Notes: generated by a model from the letters alone, not told the origin. A stretch of 64,000 nt of DNA from Escherichia coli (GCF_002854065.1 NZ_CP024151.1); one strand, 5' to 3'; shown: positions 32,701 through 43,875, numbered from the stretch's first letter. Made by a program: numbers and translations.

Positions 32701-33083
32701 GGTTCCGCCCTCATTCGCCGGGCAATATCCTGCTGGATTTCCCGGGTGATATCCGGAGCCCCCTGTACCACGGCAGGCGACACCAGAATGACCGCGTGGT
32801 GTTTCTGCTGCCACGCCTGCAGGCTGGCTTCCAGTGCCGTGTTAAAACGCGCTGAAAGGGCTTTTGACTGTGCTTCTGACAGTTGTTTCTGACTGGCGCT
32901 GTCAAAAAACGCATCCACGGTCTGTTTCATGTTGAAGGCGGCAGTCACCGGTGCGTTCAGTCTGACAATGCCGTAACTGATGGCTGCGTTCAGTAACACC
33001 ATTGCCAGGTATCCCGGCACCGTCCACCACCAGTGGCTGCGTCGAGGGGCTGTAACGTCAGTCGTTTTTTGCGTTGTGGTCAT
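32697..33083 (-). CDS. trbI: TrbI inner-membrane protein
   Basis: 128 aa MTTTQKTTDVTAPRRSHWWWTVPGYLAMVLLNAAISYGIVRL... Confidence 0.9.
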   Translation of the reverse strand: MTTTQKTTDVTAPRRSHWWWTVPGYLAMVLLNAAISYGIVRLNAPVTAAFNMKQTVDAFFDSASQKQLSEAQSKALSARFNTALEASLQAWQQKHHAVILVSPAVVQGAPDITREIQQDIARRMRAEP

Positions 33084-35707
33084 GCAACACTCCTGTATTT
33101 CTCATGCTCTTCAAGCCAGGCTTCCAGCGAAGCCATCTCCGGCCCTGATTTCTTCCACGCCAGCTGCCACACCGCCTCATGAATACTCAGCCCCTCTTTA
33201 CGCTTCTGCTGTACAAACTCAAAGTCCGGGCCGTCAGAGCTGTACATGGCACGGCTTAACGGGTCCACAAACAGACGGTGCCAGGAGGAATGGTTTTCCA
33301 CCTGCAGCAGGAAGGAACTGAACCACTGGTCTTTGGCCGCACCAAACTTGCCAATCATGTCGCGCTGCAGTGGCAGGAACTGGTCCGGATACAGCTGGTT
33401 GTATTTCGCGAACTCCTTCGCACTCTGTTTGAGGATAATTTTGTAGGAGGAGTTACCCCATGCCGCACGGGCAGCACTGGATGCCTTGTCAGAGTCAAAG
33501 TCGACGATGTTCTGTGTGATGGTGATATAGGCACCGGTATGACGGCGGGCGGTACGGTAACCTTTCTCAATAAACTCACCGACCTTGTGATTTTTGAAGT
33601 CCAGCAGACGCCAGCCTTCATCAATAACGTTCAGTTTTTTGAGATTACGCGGCGTGCGGTACATCCTGTTCTCGATGTAGATAATCAGGGAGAACATCAC
33701 CGCAACCAGCAGTGACGGACGGTCTTCCAGTCCGCCCAGCTCCAGCACCACCATTTTTGCGTCATCCCGCAGGGACGGCTCATCAGAGTTAAAATACTGG
33801 CCGTAAGTGCCGTTGGCAGTGTACTGGTCAAGCAGCACAATCATTTCGTCCAGACGGCTGCGGATAGTCGGTGACTCGGCATACTGCTCGCTGTCACTGG
33901 CGTTTTTCAGGAAATCCACCACGTCATCAATACGTGCCCTGTTCTCTTTGGTCCGCCATGATGCCCTGACGGCCTGCAGCAGCAGACCTTCATGCACTTC
34001 ATCCAGGTTACCGTTGGGGCTGGCCATCACCGACAGCTGGTCGCGGACACGCTCCGCTGACTGGTCAATATCGGTGATGTTCGCAAACGGGTTAAAGCGC
34101 AGGGTTTCACCGTCCAGATATACGCCCCCCATGTTCTCACACAGGGACTTGTAGCCATCCCCCATGTCGAACACCACGGCAAAGCCCCCGGAGTCCAGCA
34201 CGCTGCGGATAAGTGGCTGTATCAGCCCGGTTTTACCGGCCCCGGAGGTGCCACAGACCGCCATGTTGTAGTTGGTGTTATTCATCCCCCGGAAGAAAAT
34301 ATCGATAAACGCCAGCTGGTTACGGTAGGTGGGTGCCAGCAGACCTGCCGGTGTCAGGGGGTTATCCGCCACTAACGGCATCAGGTTGGCCACATTAAAG
34401 CTCTCTGCGCGCTGTACCACTCCGGCCTCTTTCAGCTGTTTAAACAACCCTTTCCCGGCCATAAAGGGCAGACAGGTCAGGAAATTGCGCATGTGGTTAA
34501 AGCGCGGTGAAATCAGCTCAAAACCGTTTTTACGGAAGCTGTTCAGGATGTCCTGCTCCACTTCCAGCGCCGTTTCATTATTGTCCTTGCAGAAGGCTGT
34601 GATGTTGAGGAAGTAGGACACCACGGAGGACTGACCGGAGCCCAGCCGCTGACGCAGTTCCCCCCACTCCTTCGCCTCTTTCTCCACGGACGGAAACCAT
34701 TTGGCATAGGAGGTCTTCGACTTTTTCTCCAGGTCCATGTACTTCAGGTTGGCTTCGCTGTGGGTTTTCACCTGGTCTTCCACCACCAGAGTCAGCGTCA
34801 GGATGAACGGACAGGAGATGGACAGTTCCGGGTTCAGCAGGTTGCTGTAGTTGTCAGCCATGTTCCACAGGAAGGCGATTTCCGGGTTACGGGCCAGATG
34901 GAAATTCAGGATGCGGGCCGTGCTGTTCCTGCCGTTCTCACGCAGGCCCAGCGTCAGGTAATCAGCCCGGACTTTCAGATCAAAACTGTCCTCCACACAC
35001 TGATAATTCAGATCAGAATACGGGTCCAGCTGACGTCTTTTCGGGTACAGGGAGTCCGGGTTATGGTTAATCATCTCCCCGACAATATCGATAAAGGCCT
35101 GTGCATCCACCGTCTGTGTGGTGATACTGGCCCCCTGTAACGACGCCCGGATGATTTTCACCAGGTTTTCCATTTCCAGAATGTCGGCCCGGCTTTTTTT
35201 CTTCGAAGGAGAACAGTACGAGATAAACACCCGGTAATGGCGCAGGGTCAGGGGCAGATTCATCCCCTCCGGCAGCGGAAACTGTGTCGCTGCCGCTTTC
35301 ATATAATAGGCCCGGGTAATGGCGTTAAACCGTTCAGCCTGTTCACCTGACCAGGAGAACTCACGCAGCCCGTATTCAATCCTGTCACCAACCAGCTGAC
35401 TGGACATCAGATGGATACACAACGGAATACCGCGCGGCAGTTTGGTGCGCAGCATGTGATCGAGGGCCTCCACAATGGACTCATTCGCCCCATTGATGGG
35501 GATGGCTTCCAGCATAAAGCCCATCGTGGTGTCATTCATGAACAGACCGGATTCCTGGTTGTAATCACGGTACGGCAGCAGACGGCTGAACTGCGGGAAG
35601 CTCATTTCGCCCAGAACTTCATTGGCCTTTGCGGATTCGTCAGGCAGTTTCAGTGCTGTGACGAGGGAGTTAACCGCCTGAGTGACGGCCTCAAGTGGGT
35701 TATTCAC
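33080..35707 (-). CDS. traC: TraC (VirB4-like) pilus assembly ATPase
   Basis: 875 aa MNNPLEAVTQAVNSLVTALKLPDE..., Walker A GTSGAGKTG. Confidence 0.97.
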   Translation of the reverse strand: MNNPLEAVTQAVNSLVTALKLPDESAKANEVLGEMSFPQFSRLLPYRDYNQESGLFMNDTTMGFMLEAIPINGANESIVEALDHMLRTKLPRGIPLCIHLMSSQLVGDRIEYGLREFSWSGEQAERFNAITRAYYMKAAATQFPLPEGMNLPLTLRHYRVFISYCSPSKKKSRADILEMENLVKIIRASLQGASITTQTVDAQAFIDIVGEMINHNPDSLYPKRRQLDPYSDLNYQCVEDSFDLKVRADYLTLGLRENGRNSTARILNFHLARNPEIAFLWNMADNYSNLLNPELSISCPFILTLTLVVEDQVKTHSEANLKYMDLEKKSKTSYAKWFPSVEKEAKEWGELRQRLGSGQSSVVSYFLNITAFCKDNNETALEVEQDILNSFRKNGFELISPRFNHMRNFLTCLPFMAGKGLFKQLKEAGVVQRAESFNVANLMPLVADNPLTPAGLLAPTYRNQLAFIDIFFRGMNNTNYNMAVCGTSGAGKTGLIQPLIRSVLDSGGFAVVFDMGDGYKSLCENMGGVYLDGETLRFNPFANITDIDQSAERVRDQLSVMASPNGNLDEVHEGLLLQAVRASWRTKENRARIDDVVDFLKNASDSEQYAESPTIRSRLDEMIVLLDQYTANGTYGQYFNSDEPSLRDDAKMVVLELGGLEDRPSLLVAVMFSLIIYIENRMYRTPRNLKKLNVIDEGWRLLDFKNHKVGEFIEKGYRTARRHTGAYITITQNIVDFDSDKASSAARAAWGNSSYKIILKQSAKEFAKYNQLYPDQFLPLQRDMIGKFGAAKDQWFSSFLLQVENHSSWHRLFVDPLSRAMYSSDGPDFEFVQQKRKEGLSIHEAVWQLAWKKSGPEMASLEAWLEEHEKYRSVA

Positions 35708-35865
35708 ATGAATTCCTTAGTTGAAAATAAAGCGAGAAATGCGGTAGCCATGAAGGGAATACCTGTAATTAACGCGCCATTTCCCGGCGCATATACAAAG
35801 ATTTCTGTTTTCTGAATATCCACTCATGTTCATCCGGAATTAAATCACTATGTTCTGCGACTGAC

Positions 35866-36087
35866 TTATGCATAATGTTTTCTCTGTCTTTCCTGATACG
35901 CCTGACATTCAACGCACAACGTCACACCGGGAAATATTTTCCGCCGGGCTTCCGGAATAGGATTTCCGCATGCTTCACAGAGATAAACAGGAATACCATG
36001 AGCATTTATTTTCTGGCGTATCCGGTTTATTCCTGTCATGGTCAGTTGTTCTGTCACTGAATATGCTTCATCGGCTTCATCACTCAC
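35866..36087 (-). CDS. traR: TraR (DksA/TraR-family zinc finger)
   Basis: 73 aa MSDEADEAYSVTEQLTMTGINRIRQKINAHGIPVYLCEACGNPIPEARRK... with C4 zinc finger. Confidence 0.85.
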   Translation of the reverse strand: MSDEADEAYSVTEQLTMTGINRIRQKINAHGIPVYLCEACGNPIPEARRKIFPGVTLCVECQAYQERQRKHYA

Positions 36088-36221
36088 GGAATATTCCTCC
36101 CGACATGTTCTGACACGCTACCGCCCATCCCTTTTCACGCACAGGGCACTCGTTTTACAGGCAGATTTTGAATACAGAAAGCCCGCCGGCATTGCCGGCT
36201 GATATACAACTTCAGGGCCAG

Positions 36222-36737
36222 TTAATTAATACGTGGTTTTCCCCACGCAGACGGTTTAATAACAAAAAACACGCTGGATGGCTGATGATAAACATCCTGG
36301 TTATCAATATAAGGCGCTATCCATAATGCTGCCGTCTGCTCACCCGTTCTTAGCGGACGAGGAGGTGTTACCGGCGTAACTGAACTGACCGGAACAACCG
36401 TTTTCACTTCCCGGGCAGCGGTAAACAGCGGGCGAGGTGCCAGCAGTTTCTGCTCCGGATGTGCTGTCACCGCAGGTCTGCTGCCGGACGGAGTGGTCGC
36501 GGTGACGGTCTGCACCGGCATTGTCCGGAAGTTCCCTTCAGCCAGGCGCGGCAGTGATGCCGCAACCGGCTTTGCTTCTGAGGACTGCTCCAGTTTTTTG
36601 GCCTTCTCATTGGCCTGCTCCATCGTCATACAGGTATCTGATGTGGTGGCGTTACACTCAAATTCCGTATTAGTTCCGGCACAGCCAGAAAGTAATAACG
36701 TCCCCAGCAGAGGAATAAATAAAGAAATCTTTTTCAT
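36222..36737 (-). CDS. traV: TraV outer-membrane lipoprotein
   Basis: 171 aa MKKISLFIPLLGTLLLSGCAGTNTEFECNATTSD... with lipobox. Confidence 0.9.
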   Translation of the reverse strand: MKKISLFIPLLGTLLLSGCAGTNTEFECNATTSDTCMTMEQANEKAKKLEQSSEAKPVAASLPRLAEGNFRTMPVQTVTATTPSGSRPAVTAHPEQKLLAPRPLFTAAREVKTVVPVSSVTPVTPPRPLRTGEQTAALWIAPYIDNQDVYHQPSSVFFVIKPSAWGKPRIN

Positions 36738-37054
36738 TACCCTTCTCCTTTTTTATTATTCTCCACAACAGCAGAAATTAACTCTGCTGTCAGATTTGTT
36801 TTCCCTGCACAGGGTTGTCCGAAGACTACTGTATTTCCCGGAGAAGAAAATAAGCTCATCGACATACCCTTCTTCATCACACCGACAGCTGCCATATTAA
36901 AATTGTGCGGCAATGATTCAGAACCGAATTCCTTCAGTGCAGGAAGTACGATTCTTGTGGTGCAGTTACTGAGAACAGCATTCATAAAATCATCTGATAC
37001 GCTTTTATCCGGTACAGAGCGTGCAGTAATAATATTAATATTACGCATGTTCAT
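36737..37054 (-). CDS. trbG: TrbD/TrbG-like ORF (single frame here; start uncertain)
   Basis: ORF between traP and traV in the position of trbD and trbG; several in-frame ATGs near the traP stop; P-loop-like GQPCAGKT. Confidence 0.4.
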   Translation of the reverse strand: MNMRNINIITARSVPDKSVSDDFMNAVLSNCTTRIVLPALKEFGSESLPHNFNMAAVGVMKKGMSMSLFSSPGNTVVFGQPCAGKTNLTAELISAVVENNKKGEG

Positions 37055-37628
37055 TTTTATCTCCGTTGCTTCTGTTTGTTCGGTCATCAGGGAAATAAAC
37101 ATGGCATTTCCTGATTTTTTCCGGCAGGGAAGCATCTTCCGTAAGAACTTCCTTCAGATGTTCATCTGCAGTTGCGACCCGGACACATTTCATTTTTCCG
37201 GGTCGCATCGGATATTTTCCGGAGATCACCGCCAGCGAGACATACATCAGTGCCAGCGTTGCCCATAATGCGGTGAACAGTTGCATCAGAAACTGGTCAG
37301 TCTCCCTGGCATATTCTGCAGCATCCCCCCGGCGAAAACCGCACGTTACAGACGGAGGCATCGCTAAATCGGAACCAAAACTGTTCGAGCAGTATCGGAC
37401 TGGATACAGCCCGGCTGGCGTTCTGCCCCTTACAAACTCGATCTCCTGAACCAGCAATTTCCCCGGTGTGGTGTTGTCCTTCCATAAAACCAGTAACGCC
37501 AGCAGAGCCATTGTGGCCAGCGGCAGAATGACGGCGTATTTCAGACACCAGAACAACCAACACAGGCCCTGGGCAACAACATACCGGGTGGCATGGCATA
37601 TCTGACGGAGTGACATATTATTTGCCAT
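37041..37628 (-). CDS. traP: TraP inner-membrane protein
   Basis: 195 aa MANNMSLRQICHATRYVVAQGLCWLFWCLKYAVILPL... Confidence 0.85.
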   Translation of the reverse strand: MANNMSLRQICHATRYVVAQGLCWLFWCLKYAVILPLATMALLALLVLWKDNTTPGKLLVQEIEFVRGRTPAGLYPVRYCSNSFGSDLAMPPSVTCGFRRGDAAEYARETDQFLMQLFTALWATLALMYVSLAVISGKYPMRPGKMKCVRVATADEHLKEVLTEDASLPEKIRKCHVYFPDDRTNRSNGDKNEHA

Positions 37629-39045
37629 CGTTGCCCCCTCCCTGGCTGCCGGACATAAACTGCTGCGGATTCAGGTTGCCCAGCTGCTTCAGCATCTGGT
37701 CAGTATTAAAGCCGTTAAGATGACTTTCAGCCGATGGCGGAACAGAAACCGGACTTTCCGGATTGTCTTCTTCCGCTCTGCTCTGCGTGCGTTCCAGCGC
37801 CATCTCTTCCACGGTTTTCAGCTGGAAGCCGTCCTGGAACACCACGGTCACTTCGTTGCCCGCACCAATCGGTATCACCGGGTGATACTGTTCGGCACGT
37901 TTGATGTAGTAGTCACTGAGCGTCTGTGCGGCTTTCGATGCGCCGCCACCGATACCCATTTTAAGGACATCGCCGGCCCCGTAAGCAGCGGTGGCACCCA
38001 GCCCGACAGCCGGCTGGGAGGCGCGCTCCATTCCCTGACCGATACCGTCAACAAATCCCGCGCCCCATGCCCAGCCGAGGATTTTGCCGTTACGCATCAC
38101 CACTTCGCCCTTGATACCGTTTTTACCCCGGAAGCTGACATGCCCCTTAATCGGCATATCAATGGTTTTGCCGTCCTTCAGGCAGCTGATATTGCGGGTG
38201 CGTACAATGGCACGCTCACTGGAGACATCCCCCCAGGCTTCCAGCCCCACAAAACATCCCGTTGCGTCATACGTTTTGCTGTTCGGCATTTCCACCAGGC
38301 CGGTGATACGCAGCTGCATCGGCACCGTGGATTCATTACCGGTGACCGACGCATTGGCATCCGCCCCTTCAATCAGCATGGCTTTCGCAAAACTTCCTGA
38401 CGGAATGTACGGCAGTGATGGTCCCTGTTTTCCCTCATTACGGGTAAACACCTTACGCTGTATCCGGTTAGGCACCGGCACAGACTGGTACGTCACCTGT
38501 GGTGGTGGCGTGACACCATTCCCGGGATAAAACGCCGTCGGCGGTGGAACAGCAACGCTGCCCTGCGGCGGGAAGGATACGGGGGTGTTTCCTGGCTGTG
38601 GTTCGCCTTCCGGGCCGGGCGGTGAGGCAGGCATCTGCGGTACAGGCTCACCGGTCGCCGTGACGGGATTAGCACCCAGGGCTTTCACCTGCTCTGCCAG
38701 GGCGGCATTATCCTGTCCCAGCTTTTCAATACGACGCTGGTCATCACCGCGCTGTTTGTTCAGGACATCCAGCTCGCGACGGATTTCCTCATACTGCTTC
38801 TGCATCTGCGCTGCCGTCACCTGCATCTCTGTGGTGGCATGCTGACGCACCTTGTCATCAAAGGTCGTATCCACCACACCGGTCATATCCGGCACGGGTT
38901 CCTGTTCAGCCACGGCCTCACCGTTACCGGACATGTCCACATCAGACAGATACAGTGCACCACCAATCGCGGAGGCTGCACCGACAACCACAATCCCCAG
39001 CCACAGGTACTGCTTGCGTTTCACAATGGTATTGATACTGGCCAT
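37618..39045 (-). CDS. traB: TraB (VirB10-like)
   Basis: 475 aa [35 protein letters not shown]..., proline-rich linker. Confidence 0.95.
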   Translation of the reverse strand: MASINTIVKRKQYLWLGIVVVGAASAIGGALYLSDVDMSGNGEAVAEQEPVPDMTGVVDTTFDDKVRQHATTEMQVTAAQMQKQYEEIRRELDVLNKQRGDDQRRIEKLGQDNAALAEQVKALGANPVTATGEPVPQMPASPPGPEGEPQPGNTPVSFPPQGSVAVPPPTAFYPGNGVTPPPQVTYQSVPVPNRIQRKVFTRNEGKQGPSLPYIPSGSFAKAMLIEGADANASVTGNESTVPMQLRITGLVEMPNSKTYDATGCFVGLEAWGDVSSERAIVRTRNISCLKDGKTIDMPIKGHVSFRGKNGIKGEVVMRNGKILGWAWGAGFVDGIGQGMERASQPAVGLGATAAYGAGDVLKMGIGGGASKAAQTLSDYYIKRAEQYHPVIPIGAGNEVTVVFQDGFQLKTVEEMALERTQSRAEEDNPESPVSVPPSAESHLNGFNTDQMLKQLGNLNPQQFMSGSQGGGNDGK

Positions 39046-39773
39046 CAGTTGCCCTCCCCGTCACGGATGACATACACATCCATGCGCGCACCTGCCAGTA
39101 ACTGGCTGGCAGGCTGGCTGAACATCACGGCACGGGTTCCCGGCTGCCAGAAATCACTTTCCCGGATATTCAGGGCAGACAGCGTTTTATTTTCCACGGC
39201 AAAGCGGACCATCTTCAGGTGATTCCCCGTCCATACGGCATCTGCCACTGAAGACAGCCCCGCCGGGGCCTGCAGGGTTTCCTTTGTCACCGGGACCTGA
39301 TACCAGCCTGCGGGTAATTTTCCGCCACGGACGGCCTGGCTGATGGTCACAAGCAGGGATTCGTAAGGCGTGGACGTTTCCCACGCACCGGCTTCTTCTC
39401 CGGTTCCGCGCAGGTCACTGACCAGCTGAATGGTACGCCCCGCGCCTTCACGGGGAACGGCCTGAATGGAAAGATTCAGACCACGTTCTGTTTCCAGAAT
39501 GAACGTAAAGGGCTTTTTGTTGACGGTGGCCACCACCACACCGCCGGAGGCGGTCTGCTCATTATTGGTCAGGGCACCATCCAGACTGTTCACGGCGATA
39601 ATCCGGTCACCGGGAACGGTAAACAGATTCGGGCTGGTATTGCTGATGGCAATACTGGCCTGACCACCGTTCACCATTGGCACCACGGTGGGGGCCAGCG
39701 TACCGTTTGCGGCCATCACGCTGCAGGAAAAAAACAGGCTGCCGAATATTATTGCCGTATTATTTTTTCTCAT
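39045..39773 (-). CDS. traK: TraK (secretin-like / VirB9-like)
   Basis: 242 aa [38 protein letters not shown]... Confidence 0.95.
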   Translation of the reverse strand: MRKNNTAIIFGSLFFSCSVMAANGTLAPTVVPMVNGGQASIAISNTSPNLFTVPGDRIIAVNSLDGALTNNEQTASGGVVVATVNKKPFTFILETERGLNLSIQAVPREGAGRTIQLVSDLRGTGEEAGAWETSTPYESLLVTISQAVRGGKLPAGWYQVPVTKETLQAPAGLSSVADAVWTGNHLKMVRFAVENKTLSALNIRESDFWQPGTRAVMFSQPASQLLAGARMDVYVIRDGEGN

Positions 39774-40326
39774 CGTCTGTTTCCCCGAAATTATCCAGCC
39801 AGGTCACCCCGTTTTCCCGCTTCAGAATAAGGATGTAATGTTTGATATCAGTGAAAGGTTTTGAATCACCAATCCAGGTTTTAAGCACACCACGAATTTC
39901 CACACGGCCATACTGAGGCCAGACACGAACACTGGTCTGGAAAAAGGCTGAGTTCACGTTATCGTTTTTAATACGCTTCGCTTCTTCAGCCAGAATAACT
40001 TTCATCTGGTTCTGTGCGCCCGGGCGGATATATTGCAGAAGCGCCTGATGTGAGGCATCGACGGTTTCTGATGAAACATTCAGACGGAGGGCAATAAATG
40101 ACAGCGCCATCTGCTGTAAATAAGAGGCGTCGGCACTGTTCTGTGACACGGCAAAGGGAGCATTAAATGCCATTGGCGTCACGGCAGTGCGTTGCTCATT
40201 CTGAAGACGGTAGTTATTCACTCCCTGAATGACGTTAACAGAGAGGCTGAGAACAATAAGCACTGACATAAATATAAAGGCGATGGCCATTACACGACTG
40301 GTACTTAAACGGGCACCGTGTTCCAT
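39760..40326 (-). CDS. traE: TraE (VirB8-like)
   Basis: 188 aa [41 protein letters not shown]... Confidence 0.95.
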   Translation of the reverse strand: MEHGARLSTSRVMAIAFIFMSVLIVLSLSVNVIQGVNNYRLQNEQRTAVTPMAFNAPFAVSQNSADASYLQQMALSFIALRLNVSSETVDASHQALLQYIRPGAQNQMKVILAEEAKRIKNDNVNSAFFQTSVRVWPQYGRVEIRGVLKTWIGDSKPFTDIKHYILILKRENGVTWLDNFGETDDEKK

Positions 40327-40347
40327 ATAACAATCCTGGTATCAGTT

Positions 40348-40659
40348 CTATTTAATCCACTGCCGGAAACACGAATCGGGAACATTATGAAAAATACCGC
40401 GCAGCAGGGCTGTTGGCATATACCAGTAAATCAGGTCTCGTAACCAGGAACTGCCCCGCCCTTTTTTCAGTTTTTTAATCCCGAAATAAACCAGAACCGC
40501 TGCACCAATACCGAACAGATATTTCGATGTTGTGATACCCCAGCCAATACAGATTGCTGCGGGGATCAGTTCATCCAGTGGCAGGCCAAACCAGCGGCTC
40601 TGGTTGGTCAGTGTTTCCGGGAAACGATATTTCTTAAGTTTATTCTCGTCTCCCGACAT
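40348..40659 (-). CDS. traL: TraL (VirB3-like)
   Basis: [42 protein letters not shown]..., ATG start. Confidence 0.9.
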
Positions 40660-40673
40660 CGTTTTATTTCCTG

Positions 40674-41039
40674 TCAGAGGCCAACGACGGCCATACCCAC
40701 AGCAATAAATACAGAGATGATGGCGAAACCGGCCAGGAACTTGACGTTTTTGGTCATCATGTACATGACCGCACCGACCAGAACTTCAGCCAGAACAACC
40801 CATTTAACAATACTGGAGTCCTTACCGAAGGTCGCCTTAACCGTGTTGTTACCACTTGCCATCAGGTCCTGACCACTGCTGCTAGCGGCCATCGCCAGTT
40901 GCGGGAAGAACATCATCAGAACAGCAGCCGGGATCACAGCGCGAGCCAGGCGAAGCATATTCAGACGAGTGAATTTGGAAAAAAACGACTTCTTTTTGAC
41001 GGGCGCAGAAGCACCCTGAACACTTAAAACGGCGTCCAT
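40674..41039 (-). CDS. traA: TraA propilin (F-type pilin)
   Basis: 121 aa [64 protein letters not shown]... Confidence 0.95.
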
Positions 41040-41072
41040 ATGATTCCTCTGTTTAATATTGATAGATAAAAA

Positions 41073-41300
41073 CTAAAGTTCTTTAAATGTTGACTCGCTC
41101 TCTTCGGTCACCTCCCTGAATATTTCTTCGTTATAGAAATCAGGAAATCGTTTCAGATGATCTCTGAGACGGATCTGGACTTCTATCGTTTTACTTCTTC
41201 CACTACGATCTTTGGCCTTAATAAGTCGGTTATTTGTATCTTCATCGAGATACACCGAGACTGTTCTGCTTATACCGCCTCTCGCGTTACGCCTCCTCAC
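41073..41300 (-). CDS. traY: TraY (R100-type, 75 aa RHH oriT-binding protein)
   Basis: MRRRNARGGISRTVSVYLDEDTNNRLIKAKDRSGRSKTIEVQIRLRDHLKRFPDFYNEEIFREV... Confidence 0.85.
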   Translation of the reverse strand: MRRRNARGGISRTVSVYLDEDTNNRLIKAKDRSGRSKTIEVQIRLRDHLKRFPDFYNEEIFREVTEESESTFKEL

Positions 41301-41394
41301 TCAATTCACCTCTGTTTCCCGACTAATAAAATTATGATTGCACAGAAACCGACGAAAAAAAAACACGCCAAAATTGGCGTGCCTTATTTAACAT

Positions 41395-42081
41395 TTACTT
41401 AACGCTATAAAATTCACGAATTATATTTAATAGCAAATCTATTTTCCCTTTATAGATACATGACACTCTGAATAAATCAAAGTGTTCAAAAAATTCTTTT
41501 ATTTTCCGTTTAACTGGTTTAATTCGATCCTCAGATGCTCTGTCTGTAATACCCAATTCTCTGGCAATTGTTGCATGACCAACACCCAGCATATAAAAAG
41601 AGAAAACAAGCAATGTCCCGGGGGAAAGATCATTCCATATCGTTAATTTATCAGAAGTATTTGTATTACTTCCACTCTGACTTAACGCAAAAAATGGATA
41701 ATCAGGAAACGGATTAATTTGCCATAAAACAACAGATTCGTCATTATAAAAAGAAACATTCTCCATCCTTATCTGATAGATTTCGCCATGAAAATTAAAA
41801 CGACGACAAAATGCAGAGCCATGTCCAAGAGCCTGGCATTCCAATTCAAGTGATGAAAGAAAAATTTCAACCTGCAGACGTATATAACTCTCTCCGGATA
41901 AGGGTTTATCTTCTCTGGAAAAGAGTTCAATAAAAGCCCCATTGGCATAAAGGATTTTCCGGTTTTTGTTACGGACACAAACCGGAACGGGAGAATTTCT
42001 GTAGATATTCTGAACGTTAAGGATGTACTTATTTACAGATTGACTGTTAAGTGGCCTTTCTCTACGATCCAGCGCACACAT
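41395..42081 (-). CDS. traJ: TraJ transcriptional activator of the tra operon
   Basis: Position between traY and traM; start taken at internal ATG ([13 protein letters not shown]...) preceded by GGAGG; 228 aa. Confidence 0.8.
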   Translation of the reverse strand: MCALDRRERPLNSQSVNKYILNVQNIYRNSPVPVCVRNKNRKILYANGAFIELFSREDKPLSGESYIRLQVEIFLSSLELECQALGHGSAFCRRFNFHGEIYQIRMENVSFYNDESVVLWQINPFPDYPFFALSQSGSNTNTSDKLTIWNDLSPGTLLVFSFYMLGVGHATIARELGITDRASEDRIKPVKRKIKEFFEHFDLFRVSCIYKGKIDLLLNIIREFYSVK

Positions 42082-42152
42082 AGGAACCTCCGTTAAGGAT
42101 TCTATGGACAGTCGATGCAGGGAGTTCAGACCTCCCTGCATCGGCGATTTTC
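42072..42152 (+). ncRNA. finP: FinP antisense RNA (approximate bounds)
   Basis: Antisense to traJ leader/RBS; hairpin GATGCAGGGAG-N6-CTCCCTGCATC followed by GCGATTTT on the plus strand. Confidence 0.5.
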
Positions 42153-42271
42153 AGTTTCAATTTTTAACGTGGCATTAACCACGTAATTAATATACTAATT
42201 ATCTGACGTATTGTCATCTTTTTGAATCATAAAAATTCTTATATTTGAACCAACTCAAACTTCATTTTCAT

Positions 42272-42655
42272 TTATTCATCATCATTTTTTGGAAAAAACC
42301 GGTCCATCTCAACAGACACTTTCTCTCTGATATCGTCAACCATACTGGCATATTCAAACTTCGGGTTTCCGGAGACATGAGGACTGAGAGACTCAATACC
42401 TAAAATCTTTGCCACCGTTGACTGTGTTTTTACAACACATTCAAGAAGAAGTTTATTAAACTCTGTCTGGTTAAACGCAGACTCTTTACGCTCCATCTGT
42501 GCATCATATACGCGAAGCCCCAATTCAAGAAGCATTGAAGCAGTTCCTGAAAGGCTTATATCTTTATCTCTTGCTCCCTCCTGACGACGCTTTTCAACAA
42601 TCATGTTAATTTTTTCATGAACCTCATTACTGATATACAGATTTACTCTGGCCAT
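42272..42655 (-). CDS. traM: TraM relaxosome accessory protein
   Basis: 127 aa MARVNLYISNEVHEKINMIVEKRRQEGARDKDISLSG... Confidence 0.95.
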   Translation of the reverse strand: MARVNLYISNEVHEKINMIVEKRRQEGARDKDISLSGTASMLLELGLRVYDAQMERKESAFNQTEFNKLLLECVVKTQSTVAKILGIESLSPHVSGNPKFEYASMVDDIREKVSVEMDRFFPKNDDE

Positions 42656-43069
42656 AAGACAGTACCTTTTATATTCTGAAACAAGTGTTTTATTTCATTT
42701 ACTAATAGTTTGGTCTGAAAAAAGAAGAGCACCCCTAGCAGCGCCCCTAGGGGCATACTATAAAAAAACGCACGGCGCTGCTAGGGGCGGCCCTAATATA
42801 TCCAAATGTTTTTCATAAAATTTGTCAGTACTGACCCTAACAAGGGTCGCCATAGGGTCGCCATAGGGTCGTCAACGCCCCTATTTAATAATGTAAAATA
42901 AATTAAAATACATTATTTAAAACATAAGCTAATGATTCAAAAAGCAAATCAGCAAAAACTTGTTTTTGCGTGGGGTGTGGTGCTTTTGGTGGTGAGAACC
43001 ACCAACCTGTTGAGCCTTTTTGTGGAGTGGGTTAAATTATTTACGGATAAAGTCACCAGAGGTGGGAAA
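42656..43069 (+). other. oriT: oriT; nic site between 42978 and 42979 on the plus (transferred) strand
   Basis: Plus strand carries the F nic sequence TTTGCGTGGGGTGT^GGTGCTTT, inverted repeat GGTGGTGAGAACCACC (42988-43003), and GGGTCGCCATA direct repeats upstream. Confidence 0.85.
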
Positions 43070-43579
43070 ATGAAAAAATGGATGTTAGCCATCTGCCTGA
43101 TGTTTATAAATGAGATCTGTCTGGCCACTGATTGCTTTGATCTTGCAGGCAGGGATTACAAAATAGATCCTGATTTACTGAGAGCAATATCATGGAAAGA
43201 ATCCCGTTACCGGGTTAATGCCATCGGTATTAATCCGGTAACGGGATATGGCAGCGGACTGATGCAGGTAGATTCCCAGCATTTTAACGAACTGGCCCGC
43301 TATGGAATTAAGCCGGAACATCTGACAACAGATCCCTGCATGAACATTTATACCGGTGCTTATTATCTGGCAATAGCCTTTAAAAAATGGGGCGTCTCCT
43401 GGGAGGCCGTTGGTGCATACAATGCCGGATTCAGGAAAACCGAACGCCAGAACCAGAGACGTCTTGCCTACGCATCAGATGTTTACCGGATTTATACCGG
43501 GATAAAAAGCAGTAAAGGTATCCGGCTTCCGGCCACGAAGAAATCACTTCCGGAAATTAACAGCGAGCAGAACAATTAA
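43070..43579 (+). CDS. Lytic transglycosylase Orf169 (gene X / P19 family)
   Basis: 169 aa from [12 protein letters not shown]... with SLT motifs; GAGGTGGG RBS; divergent from traM. Confidence 0.9.
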   Translation: MKKWMLAICLMFINEICLATDCFDLAGRDYKIDPDLLRAISWKESRYRVNAIGINPVTGYGSGLMQVDSQHFNELARYGIKPEHLTTDPCMNIYTGAYYLAIAFKKWGVSWEAVGAYNAGFRKTERQNQRRLAYASDVYRIYTGIKSSKGIRLPATKKSLPEINSEQNN

Positions 43580-43835
43580 TCTTACAGACATTGTCAGATA
43601 CCGGTTATGCCGCAAAAGCGGCATGGAAGGCCACACACAAAAATATCATATGAGTGACAATACTGACTGGCCGAAGCCCCGCGAAGCGGGAACCCATCTT
43701 ATATATACCCGGTAACTGCGCAGCCTCCTGCCAGACCATTTTTCGCGGGCACAATATTTACAGACAACCGGAAAGCCGGTTGATGAAATCGAGGTATATC
43801 AGACGACACAGCAATGCCGAAAAATGATAATATAA

Positions 43836-43867
43836 GTAAAGCCCCGAAAATTTTTTCGGGGCTTTAC
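43836..43867. terminator. Perfect palindrome, candidate bidirectional terminator
   Basis: GTAAAGCCCCGAAAA-TT-TTTTCGGGGCTTTAC, 9 bp downstream of the DUF932-like gene stop, T-rich on both sides. Confidence 0.5.
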
Positions 43868-43875
43868 TTATATTA

